Shown here piece by piece: positions 46,648 to 54,289 of a DNA stretch of 54,289 bases (within the stretch, counting starts at the first letter, position 1; every line of letters begins with the position of its first letter). Both the position numbers and the translations under genes were made by a program. The stretch spans positions 1 through 54,289 of the IMG/VR virus record IMGVR_UViG_3300027969_004149; one strand, 5' to 3'. The notes beneath the pieces were generated by a model that was not told the DNA's origin, searched no databases, and saw nothing but the letters and a program-made list of their open reading frames with translations. Source of the DNA: a virus. Its lineage: Duplodnaviria > Caudoviricetes.

Positions 46648-47487
46648 ATGCGTAGTCATTATTGGACGATTGGAAAATTTGCAGATTGGCTTCGTGGTAC
46701 GCCAAAGCTCAAGTGTGGCACCAGTGAAGAATGGGATGCTTGGTACACTGAAGCGGCAAAAGCACATCCTATTCGTTATTGGATTGCTGAAGAAGGTCTT
46801 GATCACCTACAAAAATTTGTCTACTACATACCGGATAAACTAAATGATGTTCGCTACTATATTAATAACCGCTGGGTTTCTCACAGTCATGCTCTTACCG
46901 CACATCCTCGAGACATCAAACCGGGTGCTTGGAGTGATGTCGGCAGTCGCTTTCTTCCTTGCCTCTTCAATGAGCTTGTGGACTTTGTTGAAATAGAACA
47001 AGCATGGCATCACTGTATGTGGAGTGATGAAGCCAAGACTGAATTTGAAGTGCCGTGGTGGCGCAAGGGTTGGCTACGACTACGTACTTGGCGCAGTCCA
47101 GAAGCAGGCATGGAATATCTCAAATGGGCTAGTGAACTTACTGTAGGCGAAGATATGGGAGTAGCAACTGATGGCAAAGGCTACGGCGAACCAACTTATC
47201 AAGCCAAGGCCGCTAAGGAAATTATCGAGCTTTACACTTGGTGGACTGTGACTTATCGTGCTCGTCCTGATCCCTATGATGCCAGTGGCTGGACTGCTCA
47301 CTGTGAAGCTATGCGAGTAAAGTATCCTGGCAGTTTCTTCTCTAGTCTAAACAGCAAGGATGCTGAAGACAGGAAAGCCAGCGACAAGGCTCATAAACTT
47401 CTTACCAAGATTGAAAAGGCTTATGAAGCAGAAGATGAAGCCATGATGATTCGTCTTATTAAAATTCGCGAAAGTCTTTGGACATGA
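46648..47487 (+). CDS. hypothetical phage protein
   Basis: TAAGGA RBS; Trp-rich 279-aa ORF. Confidence 0.8.
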   Translation: MRSHYWTIGKFADWLRGTPKLKCGTSEEWDAWYTEAAKAHPIRYWIAEEGLDHLQKFVYYIPDKLNDVRYYINNRWVSHSHALTAHPRDIKPGAWSDVGSRFLPCLFNELVDFVEIEQAWHHCMWSDEAKTEFEVPWWRKGWLRLRTWRSPEAGMEYLKWASELTVGEDMGVATDGKGYGEPTYQAKAAKEIIELYTWWTVTYRARPDPYDASGWTAHCEAMRVKYPGSFFSSLNSKDAEDRKASDKAHKLLTKIEKAYEAEDEAMMIRLIKIRESLWT

Positions 47488-47488
47488 T

Positions 47489-47710
47489 ATGAGCATATCA
47501 GATCAACACGAACACTGTATTGAAGATTTGTATGCCAAGTATCTACAGTTCACGGCTGTGATGTTGGAAGACTACAAAGATATAGAAATAGCCGGTGTCA
47601 TGATCACACAGGCGCTCAGCATGTATAGAACTGTGTTACCAGAAGAAGATTATCAACGCATGGTAAAAAGCATATATGAAAGAAGAAATGATGTCAACAC
47701 CTTCGACTGA
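47489..47710 (+). CDS. hypothetical protein
   Basis: ORF in operon. Confidence 0.65.
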   Translation: MSISDQHEHCIEDLYAKYLQFTAVMLEDYKDIEIAGVMITQALSMYRTVLPEEDYQRMVKSIYERRNDVNTFD

Positions 47711-48041
47711 ACTCGAGCCACAGACTCCGGCGGAAGGACTACTTAAACGCAACAACTACGGCGATGCAATCACCTATCAAGTCACTTGCGAATGTCACGA
47801 CGCCAATCACGATCACAATGTTTGGGTCGAAGCAGACGATCATCGAGTGACTGTTACTACTTACACCACACAAAAATCCAAATGGTGGAGTCTAAATCGT
47901 TGGCAGACTATTTGGATTCTGCTAACCAAAGGTTATGTTGAGTATGAAGCCAACATCATTATGACTGAACAGCAGGCATTGAACTACGCAGAAACACTGA
48001 AGAAAGCAATTAAAGATGTCAAAAATTTCAAGCAGTCCTGA
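47688..48041 (+). CDS. hypothetical protein
   Basis: ORF in operon; CEC..H motif. Confidence 0.65.
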   Translation: MMSTPSTELEPQTPAEGLLKRNNYGDAITYQVTCECHDANHDHNVWVEADDHRVTVTTYTTQKSKWWSLNRWQTIWILLTKGYVEYEANIIMTEQQALNYAETLKKAIKDVKNFKQS

Positions 48042-48567
48042 ACGGCATACCTTTCAATTAGAAGGTGCCAAGCGTCGAGCTGCGATTGAGGGCGAAGAAG
48101 TCCCAGAGTTTTACGAAAACTTTTGGAAAACTGCCAAAGAACAAGATGCGGAAAATCTTTTAGATCCAGAGTGGCAAAAGAACAACATGCAATATGATCT
48201 TCGCAGTACCTCATGGATCTGTGACAAGGCCAAAGCCAGTGACGGATATGCTCAAAATATCTATGCGGCCATATGCAACAATGACTTTGTCAAATTGGAA
48301 GTTGTGCCTATTCTTAGACAAGATCCGGACAGAGATTTCTGGAGTGCCTCCTGGAGAAGTGCCGGCGGTATTGTAGCTGACATGCTGGAAAAAGGTGACT
48401 ACATCGATTGGTACTGTTCAGGCATGGGTGAAGGGTTGGGTAATGGTGATCCTGATCATGTTAAAGGATATGTACCGGAAGGTTGCATTACCGACGAGAT
48501 CCGGAATGATCTCCAACGTCTTGGCTGGGCAATCGTGCCTGGTGGAGATTGGGAAAAATTTACTTAA
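48016..48567 (+). CDS. hypothetical phage protein
   Basis: WSASWRSAGGIVAD..GDYIDWYCSG block. Confidence 0.75.
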   Translation: MSKISSSPERHTFQLEGAKRRAAIEGEEVPEFYENFWKTAKEQDAENLLDPEWQKNNMQYDLRSTSWICDKAKASDGYAQNIYAAICNNDFVKLEVVPILRQDPDRDFWSASWRSAGGIVADMLEKGDYIDWYCSGMGEGLGNGDPDHVKGYVPEGCITDEIRNDLQRLGWAIVPGGDWEKFT

Positions 48568-48585
48568 GGAGATTGTGTTAGTATC

Positions 48586-48780
48586 ATGAACTTTGAACTA
48601 TACGAAGTTTGGGCAGTGGATGAAGCCGGTCACGAAGAATTGGTAGAAACCACCAGCAGTAGGAAAGAAGCGTTAGAAATAGCAGAAGCCAATCTTGGAT
48701 TGGGTGTTATGGAAGCCATTGTGTATCAAGAAGATGAGAATGGCGACTTGCATGAAATCAAGCGATTTGGACATGGTTGA
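48586..48780 (+). CDS. hypothetical acidic protein
   Basis: AAGGAG RBS upstream. Confidence 0.65.
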   Translation: MNFELYEVWAVDEAGHEELVETTSSRKEALEIAEANLGLGVMEAIVYQEDENGDLHEIKRFGHG

Positions 48781-48805
48781 CAAACTCGCAGTTTGGTGCT
48801 ATAAT
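48777..48805 (+). promoter_or_regulatory. sigma70 promoter with extended -10
   Basis: TTGACA-N17-TATAAT with TG at the extended -10 position. Confidence 0.9.
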
Positions 48806-48836
48806 ATATGTATTGTTTAACAACAGGAGTGACTCT

Positions 48837-50012
48837 ATGGTAACCAAACTAAAAAAAGCAAGTATTGCTATCCGCCAAAATAAAGGACGTGATTTAAGTC
48901 CAAAATGGGATGACCACGAAACCTTCACTGCTGATGAATTTAGTCGACACTTCCGGATGGCTATGAGTTATTATCGTTTGGAAGCCAGCGCCAAAGAACT
49001 CAAACCCAAAGTTATTAATTGGATGAGCAGCCAGAACTATCCAAAAGATGTTATCAAAGCATTCAAAGATACTAAAGACAATCGTTGCGGCGCAACCGTA
49101 GGCGCTATTGCTGCTAACCTACTTAGAGGTATGCCTTCGGTCAGAGCAGACTTCAATGAGGGTCGTAACACCGCAGAATGGTTAAGCAAGTCTATTGCCA
49201 AGATCATCGACGAGGGCAAGCACGACGAAGTTGAACTTGAGGAAGGCGCAGTAGAAATCAAACCCGCTGTATATACTCCCAGCATTCAAGAACGACTGCG
49301 TGAAGTTGCGCTAGGAATGACTGAAGAAATTGAAGATGCCATTGAAGCGTTTCAAACAGATCCTGAATCTTTTGATCCAAAAGCATTTAAACTTTTAAAT
49401 CTACTGAGGGGTCGTCAGGCCAAGGCTGCTCACGCTCGTGTCATTAAAACATTATACACTCGAAACTACGAAGAATTAGTAGAAGCGGCCACTACCAAAG
49501 ACGAGCAGTTGAAAGAAGGGTATGCTCATTTGAGCAAGGCCAATCTGAAGAAGATTACACTGTTCTACAGCGAAATCCTTTCAGCCTGTGATATGCTGGC
49601 ACAAGAAGCCAAGGTCAATAAAAAGCCTCGTGCCAAGAAGCCCACCGACAAAGCCAAAGTTGTGGCCAAGATGAAGTATCTCAAGCAGGACGAAAAACTT
49701 AAATTGGTTTCTATCAATCCGCAAGATATCATCGGTACCAAAGAACTGTGGATCTACAATGTCAAATCACGTAAATTGGGCAAGTATGTGGCTGCTGAAT
49801 TCAACGATCTTGCAGTCAAAGGCACCACAGTTATTGGTTTTGATTCAATAAAAAGCGTTCAGAAAACCCTGCGCAAGCCGGAAGAACAGCTCAAAGAGTT
49901 CAAGGCTGCAGGCAAGGTACAGTTACGCAAGTTCTTAGATGATATTAAAGCTGTGGATATCAAACTCAACGGTAGGATCAACGAAGATACAGTGTTGTTA
50001 AAAGTACAATAA
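48837..50012 (+). CDS. hypothetical protein of T4-like phage type
   Basis: AGGAG RBS; basic C-terminus LWIYNVKSRKL..VKGTT..QKTLRKP. Confidence 0.75.
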   Translation: MVTKLKKASIAIRQNKGRDLSPKWDDHETFTADEFSRHFRMAMSYYRLEASAKELKPKVINWMSSQNYPKDVIKAFKDTKDNRCGATVGAIAANLLRGMPSVRADFNEGRNTAEWLSKSIAKIIDEGKHDEVELEEGAVEIKPAVYTPSIQERLREVALGMTEEIEDAIEAFQTDPESFDPKAFKLLNLLRGRQAKAAHARVIKTLYTRNYEELVEAATTKDEQLKEGYAHLSKANLKKITLFYSEILSACDMLAQEAKVNKKPRAKKPTDKAKVVAKMKYLKQDEKLKLVSINPQDIIGTKELWIYNVKSRKLGKYVAAEFNDLAVKGTTVIGFDSIKSVQKTLRKPEEQLKEFKAAGKVQLRKFLDDIKAVDIKLNGRINEDTVLLKVQ

Positions 50013-50029
50013 CAAAGTAAATTCTCAGT

Positions 50030-50056
50030 AAAAAGCGGGCAGACGCCCGCTTTTTT
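50030..50056 (+). terminator. intrinsic terminator (potentially bidirectional)
   Basis: AAAAAGCGGGC-AGAC-GCCCGCTTTTTT. Confidence 0.9.
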
Positions 50057-50078
50057 GTTCATAGATAAATACATTACT

Positions 50079-51167
50079 ATGAGCAATGTCAATAATTTAT
50101 TAGCCGCACTGGGCGATGAAATCAACTCAATCGCACAAACCGCCGCCCCAGATGTCAAAGAAATAGCACGAAAAATGCCTGCACGATCCCTATCAGGGGA
50201 TCACATATCCGGGGGTAAAATTCATAATTTCGCCAGCACCGGTATCACAGATACTGCTGTAAAAACTCAGCTTACTGTAAACAATGACGGTGTTACTGTT
50301 AAGAATCTGTTTGTAGAAAACATAGATAATCTCACAGTTGCCGGCACCCTCAAAACTAAAATACTAGTAGTTGATGAAATTAGAGCCGACATCAAATTTG
50401 AAAAAGATGTTCCTATTGTATTCTCAGGTGACACAATTGATGGCAAAGGATTGTTGTGGAGTGGTCAAGGGTATACCAAACAATTTATATTCAACTCTAA
50501 TCCAGATAGATTTTTTGTATCTGAACACATAGATCTAGCAAAAGGTAAAAGTATCACTATCAATAATATCAAAATTATTGATGAAAAAGAACTAGGTCCT
50601 ACTATTACAAAAAGTAATCTAAGAGAAGTTGGGCATCTAAAAGGACTTATAGTAGATGGCGGATTATCTGTAGGGCAGTTTATGGTGTTTGATGTCAACA
50701 CCAGTAGACTAGGACTAGGCACAGACAATCCTAACTCTGCGTTTAGTATTGTTGACGACGGAGTTGAACTTGTACTAGGTGCCAAAGACACAGTTAAAGC
50801 ATTTATCGGAACGTTTGCCGCACACGATCTAGAATTAGGCACTAACAATACAGCAGGTATAAGTCTACTAGCGGGTGGCAATATTGTTATAGGTAATCCC
50901 AATTCAGGGTATCATAAAGTATCAGTAATGGGATTGGTGGGTATAAACACTCAGACTCCTGATCAACGCAGTGCTCTACATGTCAACGGTGCACTGAAAT
51001 TCAACGACAAGTTACACTTTAGCTCCAATGCTGCTCCCACAATGAACTCTTATACCAAAGGTGATATATGTTGGAATGACAATCCACAGGCCGGCAAACA
51101 TGTTGGATGGGTATGTGTGCAGTCAGGTAACCCTGGCATATGGAACGGATTCGGTAGAATCGATTAA
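50079..51167 (+). CDS. probable virion structural/fibre protein
   Basis: TAAATA 7 nt upstream; beta-rich RLGLGTDNP and VGINTQTP repeats; C-terminal GDICWN..GWVC..GIW..FG. Confidence 0.6.
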   Translation: MSNVNNLLAALGDEINSIAQTAAPDVKEIARKMPARSLSGDHISGGKIHNFASTGITDTAVKTQLTVNNDGVTVKNLFVENIDNLTVAGTLKTKILVVDEIRADIKFEKDVPIVFSGDTIDGKGLLWSGQGYTKQFIFNSNPDRFFVSEHIDLAKGKSITINNIKIIDEKELGPTITKSNLREVGHLKGLIVDGGLSVGQFMVFDVNTSRLGLGTDNPNSAFSIVDDGVELVLGAKDTVKAFIGTFAAHDLELGTNNTAGISLLAGGNIVIGNPNSGYHKVSVMGLVGINTQTPDQRSALHVNGALKFNDKLHFSSNAAPTMNSYTKGDICWNDNPQAGKHVGWVCVQSGNPGIWNGFGRID

Positions 51168-51760
51168 TGCCTCGAGCATTGGTAATTGGCAATGGCGAAA
51201 GTAGACGCCATGTTGATATCAGTACATACACCGATCATGTTCTTATAGGATGCAATGCCATACACAGAGATCTCAATGTCAATCATTTGATCTGTTGTGA
51301 TCGTAGAATGGCCGAAGAAGCTGTAAACAATCCCAATACCGAAGACACAGAAATCTATGTGCGTGATCATTGGCATCACTACTTCAGAAAAATAAGAAAA
51401 AACAAAAACATCAATCTTCTACCCGAGGTACCTACTCGAGGTGAATTAAAAAAAGATCAGGGCGAACATTGGGGCAGTGGTGGATATGCTGTGCTGTTGG
51501 CTGCTGTGTTAGGTCACCAAGAAGTCACAATGATCGGATTTGATCTGTATCCAATTGATCATAGTGTGAACAACATCTACAAAGGCACAGTGAACTATGC
51601 TAGAACAGGCGCTCAGGCAGTAGATCCCAGCTATTGGGTCTACCAGATTGGATCAGTATTCACGTACTATCCCAATACAACATTTGTGATCTATAATAAA
51701 CAGGGCTGGAAGATGCCTCAAGAATGGCAAAAAAATAATGTGGAATTCATTGCGTTATAA
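51167..51760 (+). CDS. Maf/DUF115-like (glycosyltransferase-related) protein
   Basis: LVIGNGESR, IGCNA, SGG.A, MIGFDL. Confidence 0.55.
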   Translation: MPRALVIGNGESRRHVDISTYTDHVLIGCNAIHRDLNVNHLICCDRRMAEEAVNNPNTEDTEIYVRDHWHHYFRKIRKNKNINLLPEVPTRGELKKDQGEHWGSGGYAVLLAAVLGHQEVTMIGFDLYPIDHSVNNIYKGTVNYARTGAQAVDPSYWVYQIGSVFTYYPNTTFVIYNKQGWKMPQEWQKNNVEFIAL

Positions 51761-51778
51761 ATAGAAACATAGTATACT
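51750..51778 (+). promoter_or_regulatory. sigma70-like promoter with nested TATAAATA
   Basis: TTGCGT-N17-TATACT; TATAAATA at 51756-51763. Confidence 0.55.
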
Positions 51779-51793
51779 ATTACAATACACACA

Positions 51794-51857
51794 GTAGCAC
51801 AGAGGACTCTATGGCATCATCCCTCTTTAAACACTCTGCAGTCATCAAACTTGCTAC
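51794..51857 (+). ncRNA. candidate structured 5' leader (riboswitch-like)
   Basis: GTAGCA/TGCTAC outer stem, AGAGG/CCTCT inner stem, ATGGC/GTCAT pseudoknot; upstream of the queD RBS. Confidence 0.45.
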
Positions 51858-51877
51858 CTACAAAAAGGAGACTAGAG

Positions 51878-52402
51878 ATGGCAAAATATCTTTCAACAAA
51901 AACTTACGGCAACGACCGCGGACTTTCATGCTGTTTTAGACAGTGGAAAAGTACACATTCACATTGCTCATTGCTACACGGATACTCAATCGGTATCAAA
52001 TTAATTTTCGAATCAGAAACACTAGATGACCGCAATTGGGTCATGGACTTTGGCGGACTCAAAGCATTTAAAGAGTGGAGTGAGTGGCAATTCGATCACA
52101 CCACTGTAATGGGCAGTGATGATCCTCATCTTCCAAAGTTCAAAGAACTGGCCAAGTTGGGCAAGCAAGCAGAAGGCGGTGTACTGGATCTACGTGTTGT
52201 AGAAGCAGTAGGTTGCGAAAAGTTTGCTGAGTTAGCTTACCGAACTATGAACGAAATCCTAGAAGCATATAAACAAGGTCGTGGTTGGACACATCCAGAT
52301 GGTCGTGTATTTGAAGCACGTTATCCTGTTGGTCAAGGTGTTAAACTTCGTAGTGCTGAAGTATTTGAACATGCTGGCAACTCGGCAATTTATGAGGCCT
52401 AA
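51878..52402 (+). CDS. queD: 6-carboxytetrahydropterin synthase / PTPS family protein
   Basis: HSHCSLLHGYS, WVMDFGGLK, FDHT, GCEKFA, EVFEH..NSA; AAGGAG RBS. Confidence 0.8.
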   Translation: MAKYLSTKTYGNDRGLSCCFRQWKSTHSHCSLLHGYSIGIKLIFESETLDDRNWVMDFGGLKAFKEWSEWQFDHTTVMGSDDPHLPKFKELAKLGKQAEGGVLDLRVVEAVGCEKFAELAYRTMNEILEAYKQGRGWTHPDGRVFEARYPVGQGVKLRSAEVFEHAGNSAIYEA

Positions 52403-52560
52403 TGAAAAGGCTTTGGCGTTTATGGGCTAAAGCACTAGGTGAAAAATCAGGTGCTACTGATCGAGAAGCTGATTCAGTAGCACTTGTTCGTACAGTTATT
52501 GTACTAACCTATATCATCACAAACCTGTTTATTATTGCTGGTGTCATCAGACATTGGTAA
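52402..52560 (+). CDS. small membrane protein (52 aa, not in ORF track)
   Basis: [52 protein letters not shown]; TAATG overlap; fills the gap exactly. Confidence 0.75.
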   Translation: MKRLWRLWAKALGEKSGATDREADSVALVRTVIVLTYIITNLFIIAGVIRHW

Positions 52561-52568
52561 ATAATAAT

Positions 52569-53414
52569 ATGCGTACATTTAATATTAACCAACTCGCTAT
52601 CGGTAACAAATTACCCTTTGTTCTCATCGCTGGCCCGTGTCAAATAGAAAGTCAGGACCATGCAGAAGATACCTGTGCTAGGCTTATTGCTATCACAGCA
52701 TTGCTTGGTATCCCGTTGATCTATAAAAGTAGTTTTGATAAAGCCAATCGTTCTAGCATTTCTACCAAGCGTGGAGTAGGGATCAAAGAAGGACTTGATA
52801 TTCTCAATTCAATCAAGCACAGTTTCGGAGTGCCTGTGTTAACAGATATTCACGAATCGTGGCAGGCAAAGGAGTGTGCAGAAGCTGGCATCGACATACT
52901 ACAAATTCCAGCATTCCTATGTAGACAAACTGATTTATTATTGGCTGCTGGAGAAACTGGCTGTGTGATTAATGTCAAGAAAGGTCAATTTCTTGCACCC
53001 CACGATATGAAAAATGTTGCAGCAAAGATTGCTTCAACTGGCAATGAACGTATTATGTTATGCGAAAGAGGATACACTCATGGATACAATAACCTTGTGG
53101 TGGACATGCGCAGTCTACCTATCATGGCAAGCACTGGCTATCCAGTGGTCTTTGATGCCACACATTCTGTTCAACAGCCTGGGGGAATGGGAGAAAGATC
53201 TGGAGGAGATAGGACCATGGTCCCGTACTTGGCGAGAGCTGCTATAGCCACAGGATGTGTATCAGCCCTGTTCATGGAATGCCACGAAGATCCAGATAAC
53301 GCACCCAGCGATGGCCCTAACATGATCAAGTTAGATGATCTCTCAGAAATATTAGAACAATTGGTTGCCATAGATGGAATTGTCAAAAGAACAACGCCAA
53401 CAAGCCAAGGCTGA
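52569..53414 (+). CDS. kdsA: KDO8P synthase
   Basis: [54 protein letters not shown]. Confidence 0.95.
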   Translation: MRTFNINQLAIGNKLPFVLIAGPCQIESQDHAEDTCARLIAITALLGIPLIYKSSFDKANRSSISTKRGVGIKEGLDILNSIKHSFGVPVLTDIHESWQAKECAEAGIDILQIPAFLCRQTDLLLAAGETGCVINVKKGQFLAPHDMKNVAAKIASTGNERIMLCERGYTHGYNNLVVDMRSLPIMASTGYPVVFDATHSVQQPGGMGERSGGDRTMVPYLARAAIATGCVSALFMECHEDPDNAPSDGPNMIKLDDLSEILEQLVAIDGIVKRTTPTSQG

Positions 53415-54180
53415 AAAACGAGCTGCCAAAATGGCAGCACGTGGTGAATACCCAGACCTAGTAGTGCCTTCAGATCCCAACGATCCTATCACTGTGCTGT
53501 GTGTGAGATTCGGCAACAAGTACGGCCGTGAATATGTAGAACGTTTGCGCAATATGGTTTCAAGGCATCTCACAGTACCTTACGAATTTGCTTGCCTCAC
53601 TGACGATCAACACGACATCCCCGGAGTGAGAAAAATATATCAACCAAATGCCAACTATGCCAGAGGATGGTGGCACAAGGTACATATGTTTGATTCTAAA
53701 TTGCCTCTCAGAGGGAGAATACTTTATCTCGATCTTGATGTGGTCATACATGCCAACATGGACAAGCTCACTGGATATCATCCTACCAACTTCATAGGTA
53801 TCCACGATTTCAATAGAAAATTTTATCCGTCGTGGAACTATCTCAATAGTTCGGTGTTGGCATGGACCCACGGAACACAGAGTCACATCTATGAGCAGTT
53901 CAAACAAAAGCCCTCAGACGCACAACGTCTTCAGGGAGATCAAGATTGGATTTGGAAATTATGCAAAGATAAGATTAAATTCTGGCCTAAAGAATGGATC
54001 ATGAGCTATAAGTGGGAAATACGTAGCAGAGATGAGCTTACTGTTGCACATGGCGGAAGACAATTCAAAACTGTTCGAAACGATATAAGACCGCATCAAG
54101 AATGCAGTATAGCTGTGTTCCACGGGGAACCAAACCCGCAGGACGTTCAGGACAAATTTGTCGTTGACAACTGGCAGTGA
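53374..54180 (+). CDS. GT-A glycosyltransferase-like protein
   Basis: [16 protein letters not shown] (DxD), NSSV, GDQDW, FHGEPNP. Confidence 0.8.
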   Translation: MELSKEQRQQAKAEKRAAKMAARGEYPDLVVPSDPNDPITVLCVRFGNKYGREYVERLRNMVSRHLTVPYEFACLTDDQHDIPGVRKIYQPNANYARGWWHKVHMFDSKLPLRGRILYLDLDVVIHANMDKLTGYHPTNFIGIHDFNRKFYPSWNYLNSSVLAWTHGTQSHIYEQFKQKPSDAQRLQGDQDWIWKLCKDKIKFWPKEWIMSYKWEIRSRDELTVAHGGRQFKTVRNDIRPHQECSIAVFHGEPNPQDVQDKFVVDNWQ

Positions 54181-54192
54181 TGATGTTATACT
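54164..54192 (+). promoter_or_regulatory. sigma70 promoter (probably leaderless transcript)
   Basis: TTGACA-N17-TATACT with extended TG; ATG at 54199. Confidence 0.8.
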
Positions 54193-54198
54193 TGTAGT

Positions 54199-54289
54199 AT
54201 GACATTTACCACACATCAAAGTCAAGTTCGTACAATCAAACGAGGCGATCCCCGTTTTCGTATTGTTGACAAAGTTATAACCTGTGATA
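54199..54289 (+). CDS. hypothetical protein (3' truncated by window)
   Basis: MTFTTHQSQVRTIKRGDPRFRIVDKVITCD..., open to the window end. Confidence 0.55.
   Translation, partial: MTFTTHQSQVRTIKRGDPRFRIVDKVITCD

Noticed and set aside
7725-52568. Longest-ORF starts such as 7725, 9857, 18909, 43540, 45834, 48777, 50055, 51851, 52554
   Set aside because: Downstream starts fit the RBS, promoter position, stop-start overlaps and family N-termini better.
368-54225. Short opposite-strand or alternate-frame ORFs in the track (e.g. 8069..8437, 41907..42281, 43640..44101, 50465..50902)
   Set aside because: They are nested within well-supported genes and show no RBS or recognisable motifs, so they are treated as shadow ORFs.
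1-54289. CRISPR array, integrase/transposase, intron/intein or stop-codon reassignment
   Set aside because: I saw no spaced direct repeats or mobile-element motifs, and genes tile densely under the standard code with all three stops used.
1-54289. Bacterial chromosomal secondary-metabolite cluster
   Set aside because: There are no transporters, regulators or scaffold synthases. Fibre genes, T4-type late motifs, CCA-encoding tRNAs and small hypothetical genes point to a phage, although no capsid or terminase gene is in the window.

Overview
This window looks like part of a large (T4-like/jumbo) dsDNA phage genome, probably infecting a Gram-negative host. It carries three canonical tRNAs, infA, thyX, kdsA, a queD-like gene, fibre-like structural genes, near-consensus sigma70 promoters and a recurrent TAAATA (T4 late-type) motif. 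The dominant feature is a very dense enzyme island (about 1-4.8 kb and 9.2-46.2 kb). By motif reading it encodes 10 radical SAM proteins (2 cobalamin-dependent type, 1 MJ0619/Tes-like) and about 22 2OG-Fe(II)/cupin oxygenases. It also encodes a desaturase, sulfotransferase, amidinotransferase, class III aminotransferase, methyltransferases, QueC-like ATPase, nitroreductase, SGNH proteins, and an ACP with its AcpS. The island is built from alternating-strand operons headed by TAAATA motifs, suggesting a late-expressed biosynthetic or virion-modification system with unknown product. Other notable elements are a 109-nt tRNA-like RNA lacking a normal anticodon arm, a pseudoknotted leader upstream of queD, and an intergenic H-type pseudoknot. 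All protein calls come from manual motif recognition; no database searches were run.
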